A DNA stretch of 64,000 bases, from positions 20,584,001 through 20,648,000 of the forward strand of contig CM022671.1 in the NCBI GenBank assembly GCA_012295275.1. The letters run 5' to 3'. The position numbers were made by a program, and so were the translations under genes. Below are positions 1 through 26,430 of the stretch, in pieces. Under the pieces are notes generated by a model. It worked only from the letters and a program-made list of their open reading frames with translations, searched no databases and was not told the DNA's origin. The stretch's first letter is position 1, and each line of letters begins with the position of its first letter. The DNA is from Chrysomallon squamiferum. Taxonomy: Eukaryota > Animalia > Mollusca.

Positions 1-360
1 TCACTAAGTATTAAGCACTTTTATTTAACTATACATAAATATATTTATTTAACTTTAGTCAAAAAATGTGTGTTTAATTTACAGTCAAGTTTTTTCCTCA
101 TGATATTAAGTACAAGAGTTAAAAAAAAAAAATTTCCTAAAATAAAAACACACACTCTTCATGTATGGCTGATCACATTTTTAAGCTTGAGTTGGCTCAT
201 GGAGTAGCCGTTTAATTTTATGGTAAAAAGGCAATATTTTCTGCTGCATGAATTTTTCTTTCATTTTAGCATTGTTAAATAAACTGTTTTTGAAAATATG
301 CAAGCTTTCATGTTAAAGTCTTTACAGCAAAGTAGCAGTTAAGATTCTTACTTTTAAAGT

Positions 361-363
<3 letters not shown>

Positions 364-407
<44 letters not shown>
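364..407. repeat. (GT)n microsatellite
   Basis: Uninterrupted TG dinucleotide run. Confidence 0.95.
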
Positions 408-408
<1 letters not shown>

Positions 409-879
409 TTGGCTAAAATTTGTATAAAATGTCTGTAATAATAATGATGTCAGTTTTTTAAATTTTCATTTATTATTCATTGCTGATAATAATATTTTAT
501 ATGTATTTTTATGGGTTAAAGATAGATATAAAAATGAATAAATAAATAATAACAAGGGTAATAATAACACTTATATAAACACTTTAAAAATATTAATATA
601 ATATTTATTGAAAATTTTGTTATTTACAATGAAGTATTTCCAATGATTTTGTTAGCTAGACGTGTTTGTTTTGTTAAAACCCTTTGCCTGATGCATTTGT
701 CATTTCTATTGTATATTGCATGTATGGAAAACATCGCATACCAATAAATCAAACAAACTGTTTGTATTTTAAAACACGTGTTCATGATGTTGCCTAGTAG
801 TTTGTCTAAAGCTTACATAGTAAACTTCAAGTGCTCATCCTTGTTTGTGAGATTCTGCTTTAATTTTTGTGAATGTTGA

Positions 880-883
<4 letters not shown>

Positions 884-968
<85 letters not shown>
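884..968. repeat. (GA)n microsatellite
   Basis: Uninterrupted AG dinucleotide run. Confidence 0.95.
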
Positions 969-971
<3 letters not shown>

Positions 972-1462
972 TTATTTAGATGAAGAAAGAGGGAGTGAAA
1001 GAGAGTGAGTAAACAAGAATTTATGAAGAAATTGATTTAAATTAGATAAAGGATGGCTTTTCTAAATGATACAGTTTCATTGTTGCAAATAATATTCACA
1101 TGCAGTGTATTTAATGTGGGTTAATATTTCAAGAATTATTATTGAAGTAAATTTTTGATTTTATAAAGCAAAAAATAAACAAATAAAAAAAAAAAAAGGT
1201 TAGTAATAATAAATACAATTTTGTTTTAAATTATTATTTCATTCCAAATGCATTGGAAGTTAGAAACAGCATATAAAGAAAAGAAATTTAAGAATTTAAA
1301 TTTTAATAATAATAATAAGACTACTACTACTCCTACTAAATATTATTATTATTATAATAATGGTAACAACAACAATAATGACAACAACAGCAATAATAAT
1401 AATAACAATAACAGTAATAATATATTATGTCAATGTAATTATAATAAATAATTATCTTTCAG

Positions 1463-7861
<6,399 letters not shown>

Positions 7862-8104
7862 CATTTTTTTCTTAAATTTTCATTTGAAATGAGAATATCA
7901 GCTGGTATGTTGATAAATACATTTAGAAACAATACCTGCATGATTTAAAAAAATTATTTTATTACATATAAAAGGGTAAGAAAATATCTGAATAAAAGTG
8001 AAAAATGATTGAAGACAGATGGTAGTTTGTTGAGCATTATGTCAAAATATATTAAAATCTATAGATGTTATTCCAGTAACAACTTAGATAAATAGATTAC
8101 ATAA

Positions 8105-8135
<31 letters not shown>

Positions 8136-8463
8136 TTATTTTATTTTTTTATTTTATTTTTTTTGTCAAGTGTAAGTAATTCTCTTATTCTGGGGCTTGT
8201 CTTCAAATAATATCATTTAAATTAAATAGAAAACTGTATCAGTTTCATACATTTTATCTTTTGTTAATTTGTGCCATAATTCAATAATTAAATTTCTATG
8301 ATATCTGTGCTATATATATATCTAATGTTGAATACTGGTACAATTCTAAATTAATTTAGACTAAATAATTTATAAAACATAACTAAATTGATGTCACACA
8401 TAATATCAAAATGTACTATTTTGTCAAATTATTGGAATACAATAAATGGAAATTTATATGTAT

Positions 8464-9150
8464 AAATTATTCATGCCAGTTTTAAGTTGAGATATCATTT
8501 ATCTATTTCTTTTACTTGAATCTGACATGTATTTGAAGTAACAAAAAATCATCAGTATCAAAATATATCAAAGGTTTAGTATTATTATTATTTATGAATA
8601 CTCTGAATAAATATATATCTATGTCTTTATTTTACTTTTTTGGAAAAACCAGAACAAATTTTGTTTTTGCAGATTACTTGACTGGTTAAAAAAGACAAAT
8701 ATGCAGCCCTTAAATGACTCTTCTGTACAGTTTTTATATTAATCTTCAGTAGTTTATTGCAGTTTTGATACATCATTACAAGTTGTCATACACTGTAATT
8801 GTGCAAAAACCATGTAAAACGTTTGAAAAATAAAAACATTTAACAGTGATAACTATTTATCTCAGACTTCAGATATTTTTATGACCACAGTGTTTATAAA
8901 AATACGTCTTCCTTGTTTATTGTTTTTCTTGTATAACATTCTTCAAATGTTTGTATATAGAAAATTGTTGTTACTGTATATATATATATATATTGAAAGC
9001 TGTCTGTGATGTTTAATTTACATTTTGCCTCTTGAAATTATTCCTGCCAGTTTTAAGTTTACATATCATTTATCTATTTCTGTTACTTAAATTTGACATG
9101 CATCAGCATCAAAATATATCAAAGATTTATTATTATTATTATTATTATTT
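8464..9150. repeat. Dispersed ~120-bp direct repeat (8464-8593 and 9035-9150)
   Basis: Both copies share AAATTATTC.TGCCAGTTTTAAGTT.A.ATATCATTTATCTATTTCT.TTACTT.AAT.TGACATG...CATCAG.ATCAAAATATATCAAAG; the second copy lacks ~20 internal bp. Confidence 0.8.
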
Positions 9151-9829
9151 TTGAATTTCTTAATGTTCAGTTGGAATATGCTGAAGTTTTTTATATATAT
9201 ATATATATATATATATTTTAATTGTTCTATAGGCCTATATTTTTTTTGTTTTTTAGATACTGTTAATAACTTACAGATAATGAGAATTCCAATTTTAGGA
9301 TGAATTTTATTATTATACCTATTTTATTTATTGCATTTAATATTTTTATCAAAGATAATTAATATTCAAATTCCATAGTTTAGTTTTATGTAACTATATA
9401 TTTTAAGCAAATGGTTGTTCCAAAACATGTGAATTATTTTTGTTGACAACTTAAATTAATTATTATTATTTTAATAATTGTTTTTGAAATTTTAATAATG
9501 TAACAGTGATTATATATTTTTATATTTCTGTTTTTAGCTGAGTTTTCAGAAGTAATCTTTTCTAAAAAAACCCCAAATTCTACAAATTATGGATTAAATG
9601 TTTTTTCTTGGATTAATCTATATTTTATTTCCACTGTAAATAATAAAATAAAATTTATTAAATATATTTTTATTGTGTCAAAATGCACAGTGTTTTAAAT
9701 ATAACATGTGTTATTTTTATTGTTGTCAGAATAAAGTATTTTTAATGGACCATCAACTTCATTCAAAACATGCAGCTGAGAATATATGTATATAATTTTT
9801 TTCCTGTATTTTTCCTTAAGATATATAGG

Positions 9830-9866
<37 letters not shown>

Positions 9867-10094
9867 TTTATTATTACTATTATTAATTCAATGTAATCCA
9901 CCCTAACAATGCTGACATCGCTTTCTTAAATCACGTAGCAGCTTTGGATATTTACCAAATAATCAGTAAAACGGATAATGAATTCTTTAAGATAAGAATG
10001 ATTTTTGTTATTATTTTATTTTTATTTATTTACTAAATAATATTTTATTAACTTTAATTTTACTTAACCGTTACTACAAAATGAAGAAGATGCA

Positions 10095-10395
10095 TATATT
10101 CAGAACAAGGTGGGTGTATACACCGAGAATAACAAAAGGTGTACACGGAGAGTAAGCGGATGTATAGACTTACATTCAGAATAAAAAGATGTATACATTC
10201 TGAGTTAGAGGGTGTGTTGATTCAGGGTAAGGTGTGTAAACTCATAACTCAAGGGTGTGTTGATTCAGGGTAAGGTGTGTAAACTCATAACTCGAGGGGG
10301 TGTTGATTCAGGGTAAGGTGCGTAAACTCATAACTTGAGGGTGTATACATTCAGAGTAAAGGTATGTTCAGAAAAAGATAATACATTCTGAGTAA
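10095..10395. repeat. 43-bp minisatellite with a ~21-bp subunit and degenerate flanks
   Basis: Unit GAGGGTGTGTTGATTCAGGGTAAGGTGTGTAAACTCATAACTC starts at 10208, 10251, 10294 and partially at 10337 (exact 43-bp spacing). Confidence 0.85.
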
Positions 10396-10940
10396 ATTAT
10401 CTGTCAAGAGTGAGAGGAGGCATGTATTAAGAGAGTAATTAACACTGAAGTCCTGTTTTTTATTTTAAAAGGATAAAGAAAATAAATTTTTTTAAAAGAT
10501 GCTGCTATCAGTTTGACCAGGTTACGTGTTACCATCTTCGAAATTACACATTTTGGCTGACGACATACAACATTTAGGCTACCATGGAACAGAGGAAACA
10601 TTTTGCTATTACCATTTGTGAGGGGCTTTCAATTACTGTATGCAGTCTTGTATGTATCGATCAGTTTAGAATGTTGGTGTCATGAAATACAGTATTATAA
10701 ATGCCAAAGAATTCTGTGAGAATTTATTTCAAAACATATGTCGTGCCATGAAATACGTGATCAATTTCTGTTTATTTCATTTCATTACAGAGCAAGTGTT
10801 TAGATATTTTCCTTGAACTGGTTTATGATTCTGATGATACTCAGATATTTTTGTAAAACATTTTGTTGAGCAAATGAGTACATTTTACACAGAATTATAT
10901 CTTCCAGTTTATTTATTTATTTATTTATTATTAATTATTA

Positions 10941-10991
<51 letters not shown>

Positions 10992-13544
10992 TTGGTTGTT
11001 GTTGTCCATTAACCAATTCCAATTTGTATAAAATGAAAAAAGTGTCATAATCTATTAACCAATGATTTTATCTGTCACATTTTTATTAAGAATGAAATGT
11101 TTGTCGTGGGAAATTTAAAAAAAGTTTAAAAAAAAAAAAAATAATAATAAAATAAAATGGTAAAAATTAAAAAATTAATGATCAAAAAAAAAAAAAGCCA
11201 AAGATAATTGATTATATAATACTACATTTGTAGGAAAGGGATTTTTAATTTCTTTAAATTTAAATGATTCTAATAAAATTTCTGTGGAGGTTTTTCTGTA
11301 CATATGACAGTATAATCCGTCCACTAACATATAGTGTTGTCCACACGAATGTACTGATTCCTGGTGCTATGCGGAATCGGCCTTGGGCCAATTTTTTTTA
11401 TTTTATGTGCTGTTCTATTTTTTATGTTTATGTGTATAAAATTTACTGCTAAAAATTTGTTAAAAAAAAAGAAAAAAAAAGAAGATATCAATATTTTGAA
11501 ATAAAAATGTTTTTGTTACATTGCATTATATCTGTTCAAATGTATAAGCTTCCTTTTGAAAAAAAGTTATATATATATTAAAGCTTTGGAAATTACTTAC
11601 ATCAAAATAAAAAAGTGCATATTTTGTACTACTAACATAAAGCTGTGTCTGTTTGACTAATTATTATTAGCTTTGTTTTGTTATGGTTGTTTTTGTTTTT
11701 TCTTGCTAATTAAAAACTTTGCTTACATATTTAACTGATTAAATATTAACCATTGTTAATTATTACTCCAGAAATGAACTGATGGAAAATTCAAAAAGGT
11801 TATTAATTTTTGGAGTACATAAAACTTGTTTTCTTTGTTTATTTCTTTTTTTTTTTTTTTTTTTAAATTTTATTTCATGAATTTTAATTAAACATAAAAA
11901 TAGTATCTTGTTTTAGTTTTGTTATATATCATCAACCAGTATTTTAAATATGCTGTATTTTCATTTAAGCAGTCATAATTATACAAAGACAAAAAAAAAA
12001 TAAAAATAATGTGAAAGATTTATTGATATTATATTTTGTAAATATATATACAAGTATGAAAGACATCAATAAAATGAAATAAAAATAATAAATATTTTAT
12101 CTTGCTGTTTTGTTTTTGTTACATAATTTTAAACATTTTTGTTTCTGCTCCAGAAAAACAGAAATCTTCTTCAACAAATCGAAACATTTTAATATTAATG
12201 CATCTACAGGCATGAATGCACTTGCATGCACACATTCACACACATACATATACCTATCCAAGCTGGGTTTGTTTGGGACTGACAAAATATTCTGTGTATT
12301 GAGTGCTGGTATAAATTAACTGTTTTCAGTGTATGACTGTTTTAATATCAATAAACTAAATAACAAAACATCATACACAACTATATAGGTCATAATGAAT
12401 TTAAGTGTTAATGATGAACATTTCTTGATTATTATCACTTTATATTCTAAACAGATAATTAATTATTTGACATTTATTTTAATATCATTTTGTTCCATCA
12501 GAATTAATTAGATTTATATTCAATTTGTACTTTTGATATTTACTTTAATCATTTTGAAAATTAAAGCAAAAAGACAAAAGAACAAGGGAAAAACAAAAAC
12601 AGTTATTGGTATTCCATTCAGCAGGTTATGAATATTTTATATAACTGCATTTAACTTTTATATACTGTGAATTCATAATTGGCTGTTATTGAAAAGACAA
12701 AGTATTATGAAGTTAAAACAGTGCACTGTTTTTAATTGTAAAATATATCATGGATTAAACTATTTACAGCAATTTATGCTGGACAAAAGATGAGTTGTTG
12801 AATATTCTGTTCAGTGGTGCTCATTTTGCGGGAAATGAGGATTCTTAATCCTCTTGTATGCAAAACTGCATGCTTTCTTCCAGAAGTGAACATCTTTTCG
12901 TTTACCTTTCCACTGTAAAGGATGAGATAAATTTCATAATAAAGAAAGAAGAATCAATTGACAGAAGGAGTGGAGAGGCTTATATCAAATGCAGCCTCTG
13001 GATCCTCTGTATGTAGTAAGCAATAAGCAATTACTTAATGATCAGCTTAATAGTATATTCTGAGCGAGATAATTAACAATAATTTTATAGTAAATCCATT
13101 AATCTTGTTCAGTCAAACTTAGTGACAAACAAGTATGGATTTACTGGCAAGGATTTATATATATCTGGTTGCCTGCCTTATTATCAAGAACCATTGGAAT
13201 TGTTTACCTGACTACATCACTGATCTTCATAGGTTTTACAATTAATGTTAATTTAACATAATGGAACATTTATGTGTTATTTTCAGTTTCATTAAACTAA
13301 TTATATACTGAAAACAAGAAAAAGAAGAAGAATCCAATAAAAAGCTCATAATACAAAACATACAAAATAATCTCTCAATAAATAAAATATTAACAAAAAT
13401 AGGCAAGAAAAAAAAATAAAAATAAAAATAAAATAATAATTATAAACAAATACAAAATAAATAAAATAGATAAATAAAAAAAATAAATATTAAGAAAATA
13501 CATAAAATGAATAAATAATTAAAAAATATATATATATATATAAA

Positions 13545-13575
<31 letters not shown>

Positions 13576-13687
13576 GAAATGATAGTAACATGAAAGCTAG
13601 TTAAAGGGTGCCTGCTGCATAATGAAGTAAGTAATAAAATTCTCTGATAAATCGTTTTATTTTTATTTTATTAATTGCTGTTGTTGT

Positions 13688-13745
<58 letters not shown>

Positions 13746-14112
13746 TATATATTTAATAATAAAAATGAGTAAGGAATCCAATTACAAATGCACAAAATGT
13801 TATCCTTTTAAACAAATAACACAAGTTTACAAAACACTTTAATATGTTTTAAAGATTTTCATTTAAATTAAGAATTTTCCCCATTTATTATTCAGCGGCT
13901 CAGTGACTCAGTCATTATAGGCTGGGTTCTAACCAAAGTTGCCAATTGTTTTACGACATTGAGATTTTCTTAAAATAATCGAATTATTATTTTGTTAATT
14001 CTTTTTAATACTTTAATATATTGTTAAAATTACAAAATACTTCTTTTATCAATATATATATATTTTAAATTTGGTTGGTAATAACATAACCTTAATTTGA
14101 CTTTTGTACTAT

Positions 14113-14124
14113 TTCCGGTTCCGG
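14113..14124. promoter_or_regulatory. Tandem ETS-like sites (TTCCGG x2) in the NAA10 promoter
   Basis: TTCCGGTTCCGG about 75-85 bp upstream of the NAA10 ATG in otherwise CpG-poor DNA. Confidence 0.45.
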
Positions 14125-14196
14125 AGTTATGGTGGCATGCTAGTCAACTGAAGAATAAAACCGATTAGTGTATATACGAAATTTTTCATTTTCAAA

Positions 14197-19623
<5,427 letters not shown>

Positions 19624-20164
19624 GAAATTGAGATATTTTAGATCTTTTGTACAGAAAACCTGTAAATAAAAGAATAACTATTGTTTGATATTATTAATAT
19701 TTACTTACTGGTTTTTGTTGTCAGTATAAACTGGTAGAATAGGCAATAATTCAATGGATGAATGTGTCTGTAATCTAATGTAGTTGCTTCCCTTCCCAAA
19801 TCTGTATATAAAAGCATTCTGAGAGTTTTTGTGGACCTGAATGTATCAAGTAGATCACTTGATACTGTATAGTGTCTTTTCTTAAACTTTCCTTACTGCA
19901 TGGATTAAAGTCTTGACAAACACATTTCAAATAATTTGTACTGGTAAAATATTTAATTGAGCTTATGAAAGGTCTGGATTATCAAGATATTAGAGGTATT
20001 TATTTTTTAATCATTATCTGAAAAATTCACATTATCGACAAATAAAATGAAGAAGGAAGATATGTATATATTGAACATCTATTGTTAATCTAGTTATCTA
20101 GTTTTTTTGTGTTTTTTTTTTCTATTATATTGATCAGTGGGGAGGGATCTTTGATTTGAATCTT

Positions 20165-20310
20165 GCCTCAATATGGAAAGCACATAGAAAGCCTTTGATA
20201 AACCAGTTGTACAACATTAAATGGGATAGGACATAGATTAATGGGCACACTGAGAGGATTGGTTCTGTGATCTTTCAAGGTTCAGTTGTGTGTTGTTGAC
20301 TGTTGAACTA
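20165..20310 (-). mobile_element. Highly degenerate tRNA-derived SINE fragment
   Basis: GAAAGCACATA..GCCTTTGATA.ACCAGTTGT..ATGGG..CAC.GAGAGGATTGGTTCTGTGA..TGAACTA resembles, from memory, the reverse complement of common gastropod SINE heads. Weak support. Confidence 0.3.
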
Positions 20311-22267
20311 AAGCCACTCAGAAATTAAATGTGAAACATGGTGTTAACTAATTTGTGCTATTTTAAATACATTAGTCCAGTATTTTATGTTATATGTGTG
20401 CTCCATTCACTAAATATTTATTTTTAAACTGATGAATAATTTTCTTTTTGCATTATATTTCATGGTTTATAATATAATTTGTTTATGTCTTCTGAAGTAT
20501 ATAATAAAAATAAATTAGAGTAAACTAAGGATGCAAATATCTTGTTATACCTGAAATTCATTAAAAGGTAACTTGTTAAACAAGTTAAGGAAGACTCTAC
20601 AACATGTAATTTCAGTGGCTGTATAAATTTCTAGATGTTAACGACAATAAAAGGAGAAAAATAAACATTTAGAAATGATGCTAGACAGAAAGGAAGAGTA
20701 TGAATGTTTGAATGTAGAATGTTAAAAAAACCCTACACATCTGTGTAGGTGGTTTTAAGACATGGGAGGCAGAACTGATCAACAGGTTTAAATGAACTAC
20801 ATCATCATCTGAACAAACAAAATAAAAACACAAAACTTGTTTTATTTTCATTTAATTTAATGGTGGTTACTTCATTTTGTATACAACATTCAAGTCTGAT
20901 GCAGTTTTGGTATCAGCGACAGACTTGATGAAAACACCACGTACAAGCCAACATTTGCAGCCACATAAAACATGTATGCCATTTACATGCAAGTACACAA
21001 TCACAGCAATGCAGATAAATGACAATGTAGGCACAAAGATGATTGTGAACACTGGCAGTCAGTTTAAAATGCATGATGTATTTTAAAACCCATTTAATAA
21101 ATGATTATGCAGATTTTAAAATGTATTGGAAAAAACAACAAAACCCTCACATTTTCAGTTAAAAAATGTGGTATTTGTCTAATAATACATACATTAAAGA
21201 ATAAAACTTGTTAATTTTAATTTTAATTTTTTTTTATTATTTTTTGTTACGTTTTGTAATTACTGGTTAATTGGTCACCATATTTAGTGACTTTGAAAAT
21301 AAAATACAAAATGAAAATGTACATCTCTTTATTTTTATTATTCAATGTAAACAATTATATTGCATATAATTTATAAACCATTATCCTAGCACACACACCA
21401 ACAAACAGGTTAAATCAACAAAACAGTAAGAACAAAATTGCATATGCAGCCACTGAGGCTTAATATAAACTATTGTGATGTAATATTTTTGTTCATAATT
21501 ATTTAATTACATTTAAAAATAAAATAAAATATAACAATAAAAATAAATACAATAAAAAATGAAAAAAATATATCTGATTAAACAATATCTCCATATGAAA
21601 GTGACTAGTAAATATATGATATACAACTTATGCCAGTCAAAAACCTTTTTTATATTTTTAAATCTAGGCATGCCTTCAAAGCAGTGACATTAGAAAGTTA
21701 ATCAGTTAATAAATAGAGAAATATTCTTAAATACACGAAATACCCTAATTTATTACCCAACTGCATTGTTACTTTCCTTTAACACTAACAATGTATTATT
21801 GAATACATCTCTATCCACCACCATCTTAAATAAATATCACAGTTTTGATTAAGGGTATGTACAACATGCAGAACATTTATTGTAAAAGTTTTCTCAGGTT
21901 TATTGTTCTTGAATTTGTGAAAAATCTAGTGAGAGTCTATTTTCAGACTTGTCTATATTTAAATAAATTTGACCAAAAGCCACCCAAAATTACATTTAAA
22001 TAATTACCATACATTATCTATAATTAATACAAATCATATATTATTTCCTATATATATATATAGTTAGGTATTGTCTGTCTTCAAACATTGAATATAATGC
22101 ATCCTAGCATTACTGGAGAGTTAAAATATCAAGTACTGATAACATCTAAACATGTTTGTAAAACAATTATGGAGACAGAAGGAATGAGAATTGTCAAAAT
22201 GGCTGACGGCCACTGAATCCTTTAACTGTTGTCCTCCTAGCGAATGTTATAAGTTAGAGGTCAGGGG

Positions 22268-22356
22268 TCATGGCTTGTCTTCCAGCATTTTGTCTTCCAT
22301 TAGGCTTGTTGTCATCACTTGACTACTGCAGGTGCCTGGACTGCACTTCATCAGCT
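22268..22356 (-). CDS. BicD: Putative terminal exon of BicD (alternative C-terminus / 3' UTR)
   Basis: Acceptor TTGTATTTTACAG|AGCTGA at 22356. It gives S* after a phase-0 donor, or ELMKCSPGTCSSQVMTTSLMEDKMLEDKP* after the 31-nt microexon. GC-richer block. Confidence 0.55.
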
Positions 22357-22932
22357 CTGTAAAATACAAGGGTTGAAATGGAATAAATATTTATGATAGA
22401 TTGTTATACACTAGGGAATGGACACAATTATGTCCAGGTTATGCATTCTGGATGGTAGCTGTCAGAGAGAGAGAGAGAGAGGGAGAGAAAGAATGAGAGA
22501 AATGTGAATATTTATGTGTGAGTGTGTGTGAATTTGTGTCTGTAGACAAGCATGAATATTATATGCACAGGTGTGTGTCCATTAGGCTGACTATCTGTAG
22601 ATTATGCAGAGCCTAAAACATTTTATTATCAAAACTTAGGTTGTTGTTTTTGTGATTTTCCCTGTACCATAATATATGATTATTATAAAGAAAAGATATA
22701 ACTGGCGCTGTGAACAACTGGATTAATGAAAGCCACTTTCTGTTACATACGTTGACCTGAAAGTGGGTCAGTGCACTCCTCTAATGTTCAGTTCCAGTTT
22801 GACCAGTGATTCACCTGTGTTTATGTATTTATTAGTCATCTGTATCTATAATCATTTATGCAAGCTAACCTTGTCTGAATTGTGACAACTGGAATAATAT
22901 AAATGTTAAATTTACTTAGGGTTGAATCTAAT

Positions 22933-22983
<51 letters not shown>

Positions 22984-25900
22984 GAAAACTTTCTGCCATC
23001 AGGAAAAATGAGTGATTGAATATCTGGTAATATCAATTATGAAAAATGTATGAATGAATATCTGGTTGATGACATCTCAATATATTTTACATAAATTATT
23101 ATTTCTTAGACATACTTTTTATTGATGAATACATAAATAGATAATATTATTCACATTAAGGGAAAATATGTACTCATAAATCTAGCTACTGCTGGAAATG
23201 GTACCTAATGGGATTTGTTCAAGCACTCTCAAGGTTAGGCCCATGTTTAAAAATATCACAAAGTTTGAATTAATAGGATGAAGGAAATCAAACAAATAAA
23301 TATAAATTTAAACTGACATAAAACCTCTTGTATTCATCGTTTCTCACATGTAACATGAATAATTAAGTAAATACAGTTATGTAATATTAATGAACAAGAC
23401 TCAACTGGCAGAGTTAAAAAAGAAAAAAGAAATGAAATGTAACTTCAACTAGAGTGCAAAATCAATATTATCTTCATATATATTTTTAAAAATGCATGCT
23501 TGTCTATATGTGTGTGTTTGTGTTTGTACATTGGAGTAGAATATGTAGATATGCAAAGATGATATATATATATATATATATTTAAGAATCAAGGCATTTT
23601 ATTATTTACTAATGAGACAAATATTAACATAACATAAAAAAAAAAAGGTATACCAAAACATTGGTTTAACTAATACAAATATGGAAATACAAAAATAAAT
23701 GAAAAGTTAAATAAAAAAGATAACAGATTTCACACAAGTGCAAGAGGTAATATGCTTTAATTCGGTTCTCTGTAATTTAAAAAAAAAAAGTACTTTAAAA
23801 TCTGACCTGAAATTAATAAAATTATTATCCTGTAATTTAATATACTTACAATAAAGCAATGCACTGAAAAAAGTAATTGCATTTAAAAGTTTATTTTTTT
23901 AGTAAGCAAAACACTGGTTTTTGTCTCTTTATAATAATTATTTTTATTTTTTATTTTTTATTTTTGTTTTGGTTAAACCCCCACCCCCCAAAACAACATG
24001 AGCATGCCAACTTAAAAAAATAGTAATTAAAAATGAATAAGAAAATGCACAATAATAGTGATACAATATTAATCAAGTCAAATGAAACTTGCAATGGTGG
24101 AAAACACAAAAGCACATTAAACATTAAAAAGCTCATTACAAGAATGTGTTGGTTCGAAGTTGCAAATCAAATCAAAAGGTGCAACACTGGAATAATTTTC
24201 TCTTTCTGCCAGCTAACACCCATTTCTTTAATTACAAATTTCATGGCCACAGTACTTTACTCAAAAGTAATAATAATAAACTTGCAATCTGTATATTAAT
24301 GAAGTACTGAGGACTGTTCTACACAATTCTCATGATGCTTCTGGTATCATGAGACAAAAGAATAAAATGATTAAAATGTCTAACAATAAGATTACAATGT
24401 TAATGGCTATATATAATGTCAACTTTTATGTATAATTGTGCCAACAGCCTAATTACATTTTACATGTATTCTAATGATTATTTCTGCTTTCACTGACCAA
24501 TTTTTCATAGCAATAAAGTCTATATCAAATAGTAAAGTAATGATGCAACAACTGCCACATTTTATTCTCTCAGCATTTTCAAAAGAGAAAATGTTTTATA
24601 TAGATGCTAGAAAGACGAAGTAAATGCTTATTTTCCTTTTTTACAATAATTATGAAATTATAAAGCAATAATCTGGCAGACAGAACAACATTTTTTTCAT
24701 AAATTTGTCTAGGTAAAACAGCATCTTGGAGATGGACAAAACATATCCTTTCTGTTTCTGTAACAGACATACTATAAGTCAGTTGTTTGTATCTATCACA
24801 GATACATTTTAACCCTAAACGACAAGGAGAACCTTTCATTGACTCTTGTAAAGGTTAACATTAAGAAAAAGAACACAAGCAAAAATAACAATGACTAACA
24901 AAACAAATGTCACTTTTTCACTGTTTGTTGTCAAAGAGTTGTCACACAATCCCTGCATATTTTGTTACTGTTGTGAATAACTTCCACATCATCTGCCAGT
25001 AATGTAAAAGATATCTGACTTTCTTGTATTTAAGTTACATCTGAAATGTCCTGACAGATATATATTGCATTACCTGGGTTAAAATATGGTTTAAGTAATT
25101 AATTTGTTAATTTCAGTTTAGTAGATCATATTGGCAGAAAGAGACAAATAGAAACCAAAAGGTAAATAAATAAATAAATAATAAAATTAATTAAATACAG
25201 AAATTAGAATGATGCACTGGCTGAAATGAACTGAAAATTACTTCAATAAAAATTATGTAATCAGGCCAGATAGCTTGTTTCTAATTTTTATTTTTTTATT
25301 TTTATATATTTTTTTTAATTTAAACATGTGTAGTGTGTAAAGTAGATATAAGTTCTGAAAAATGATTATATATTTATTTTTTGAATGTTTTGTGTATGAT
25401 GAAGTAAATAGGTTTATTAACAAATCTCATAAAACAAAATAATAACTTTGGAAAGTTGTTTTCTTAGTAAGGTACCAATGTTCACAATTTACTATATTCA
25501 TTTCTCTATTTCTGGTTTCAGGAAACCAATTTTTTTCTTGTTTTCTGGGTTTATTTATTTAATTTTTTTTTAAATTTTAAAATGATTTAATTCATATTTT
25601 CCAGTATATTACAAAGAAGAAATGATTAAAGTCATTTGCTGTCTTAAAAACTAATGATTTGAAATCATGATTTTCTACAATTTAAACAAGCTTTCATTAA
25701 TATTTCAGTTGGAAACCCATAAATAATATTGCTATTTATATTATAAATATTTAAAAGATGCCATGACTCAAGATACAATTTGAAATGAAACTTTTCCTTC
25801 CCAGAGGGAAAAAAATAAACACAAAATGTACAAATCAAAAGCTAAAATATGTCTTTGCAGAACATAAAATAAAAATAAAAGCTTTCTGGTCTGAACGCAC

Positions 25901-25989
25901 AAATATGAAACAAAAATAAAATAATAATAATACTAATAGACAAGTAAATATAGTGCTGTCATGCAGAGATAATTTAATAGTTTATAAAC

Positions 25990-26020
25990 CTGTAGGAATC
26001 AGGCGCCTTGCACTTAAACC
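25990..26020 (-). CDS. BicD: Putative 31-nt alternative microexon of BicD
   Basis: TTTTGTTCTTGCAG|GGTTTAAGTGCAAGGCGCCTGATTCCTACAG|GTTT encodes GLSARRLIPT+G (phase 0 in, phase 1 out) and opens the frame of the 22356 exon. Confidence 0.45.
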
Positions 26021-26089
26021 CTGCAAGAACAAAATGAAACATTAACCCTGCAAAAAAAGTTCATCAGATTTCATCATGTAACAGCAGTA

Positions 26090-26235
26090 AACACAGTAAA
26101 GAGTTGCAGTTGCTAGAGCAATAGTGAAAGCTGCAGTCATAATAGCAGAAATAGAAATATTAGAAGCAGTAGCAATAGCAATGCTATTAACAAAAGCTGT
26201 AGTTGTAGCTTTAATAGTAGTAGTAGTAGTAGTAA

Positions 26236-26303
<68 letters not shown>

Positions 26304-26430
26304 ATAGTAATAGTAGTAGTAGTAGTAGCAGTAGCAGTCATAGTAATAGGATCAGCTATATCAGTAACAGCAACAGCAATAGTAGTACATGAAGTAGTCA
26401 TAGCAGCAGCAGCAAAAGCAGAGGAAGCGG
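26090..26430. repeat. Imperfect (TAG/CAG)n trinucleotide array
   Basis: Long GTA run with degenerate GCA flanks; source of the poly-T and poly-V ORFs. Confidence 0.9.

Noticed and set aside
10208-10345. 43-bp repeats as a CRISPR-like array
   Set aside because: Head-to-tail units with no unique spacers, no cas genes, eukaryotic context.
10400-13260. Possible gene or pseudogene between the TSGA13-like gene and NAA10 (GC-richer patches at ~10500, ~11330, ~12780-13240)
   Set aside because: No consistent frame, splice pattern or recognisable motif; may be decayed TE sequence but cannot be supported.
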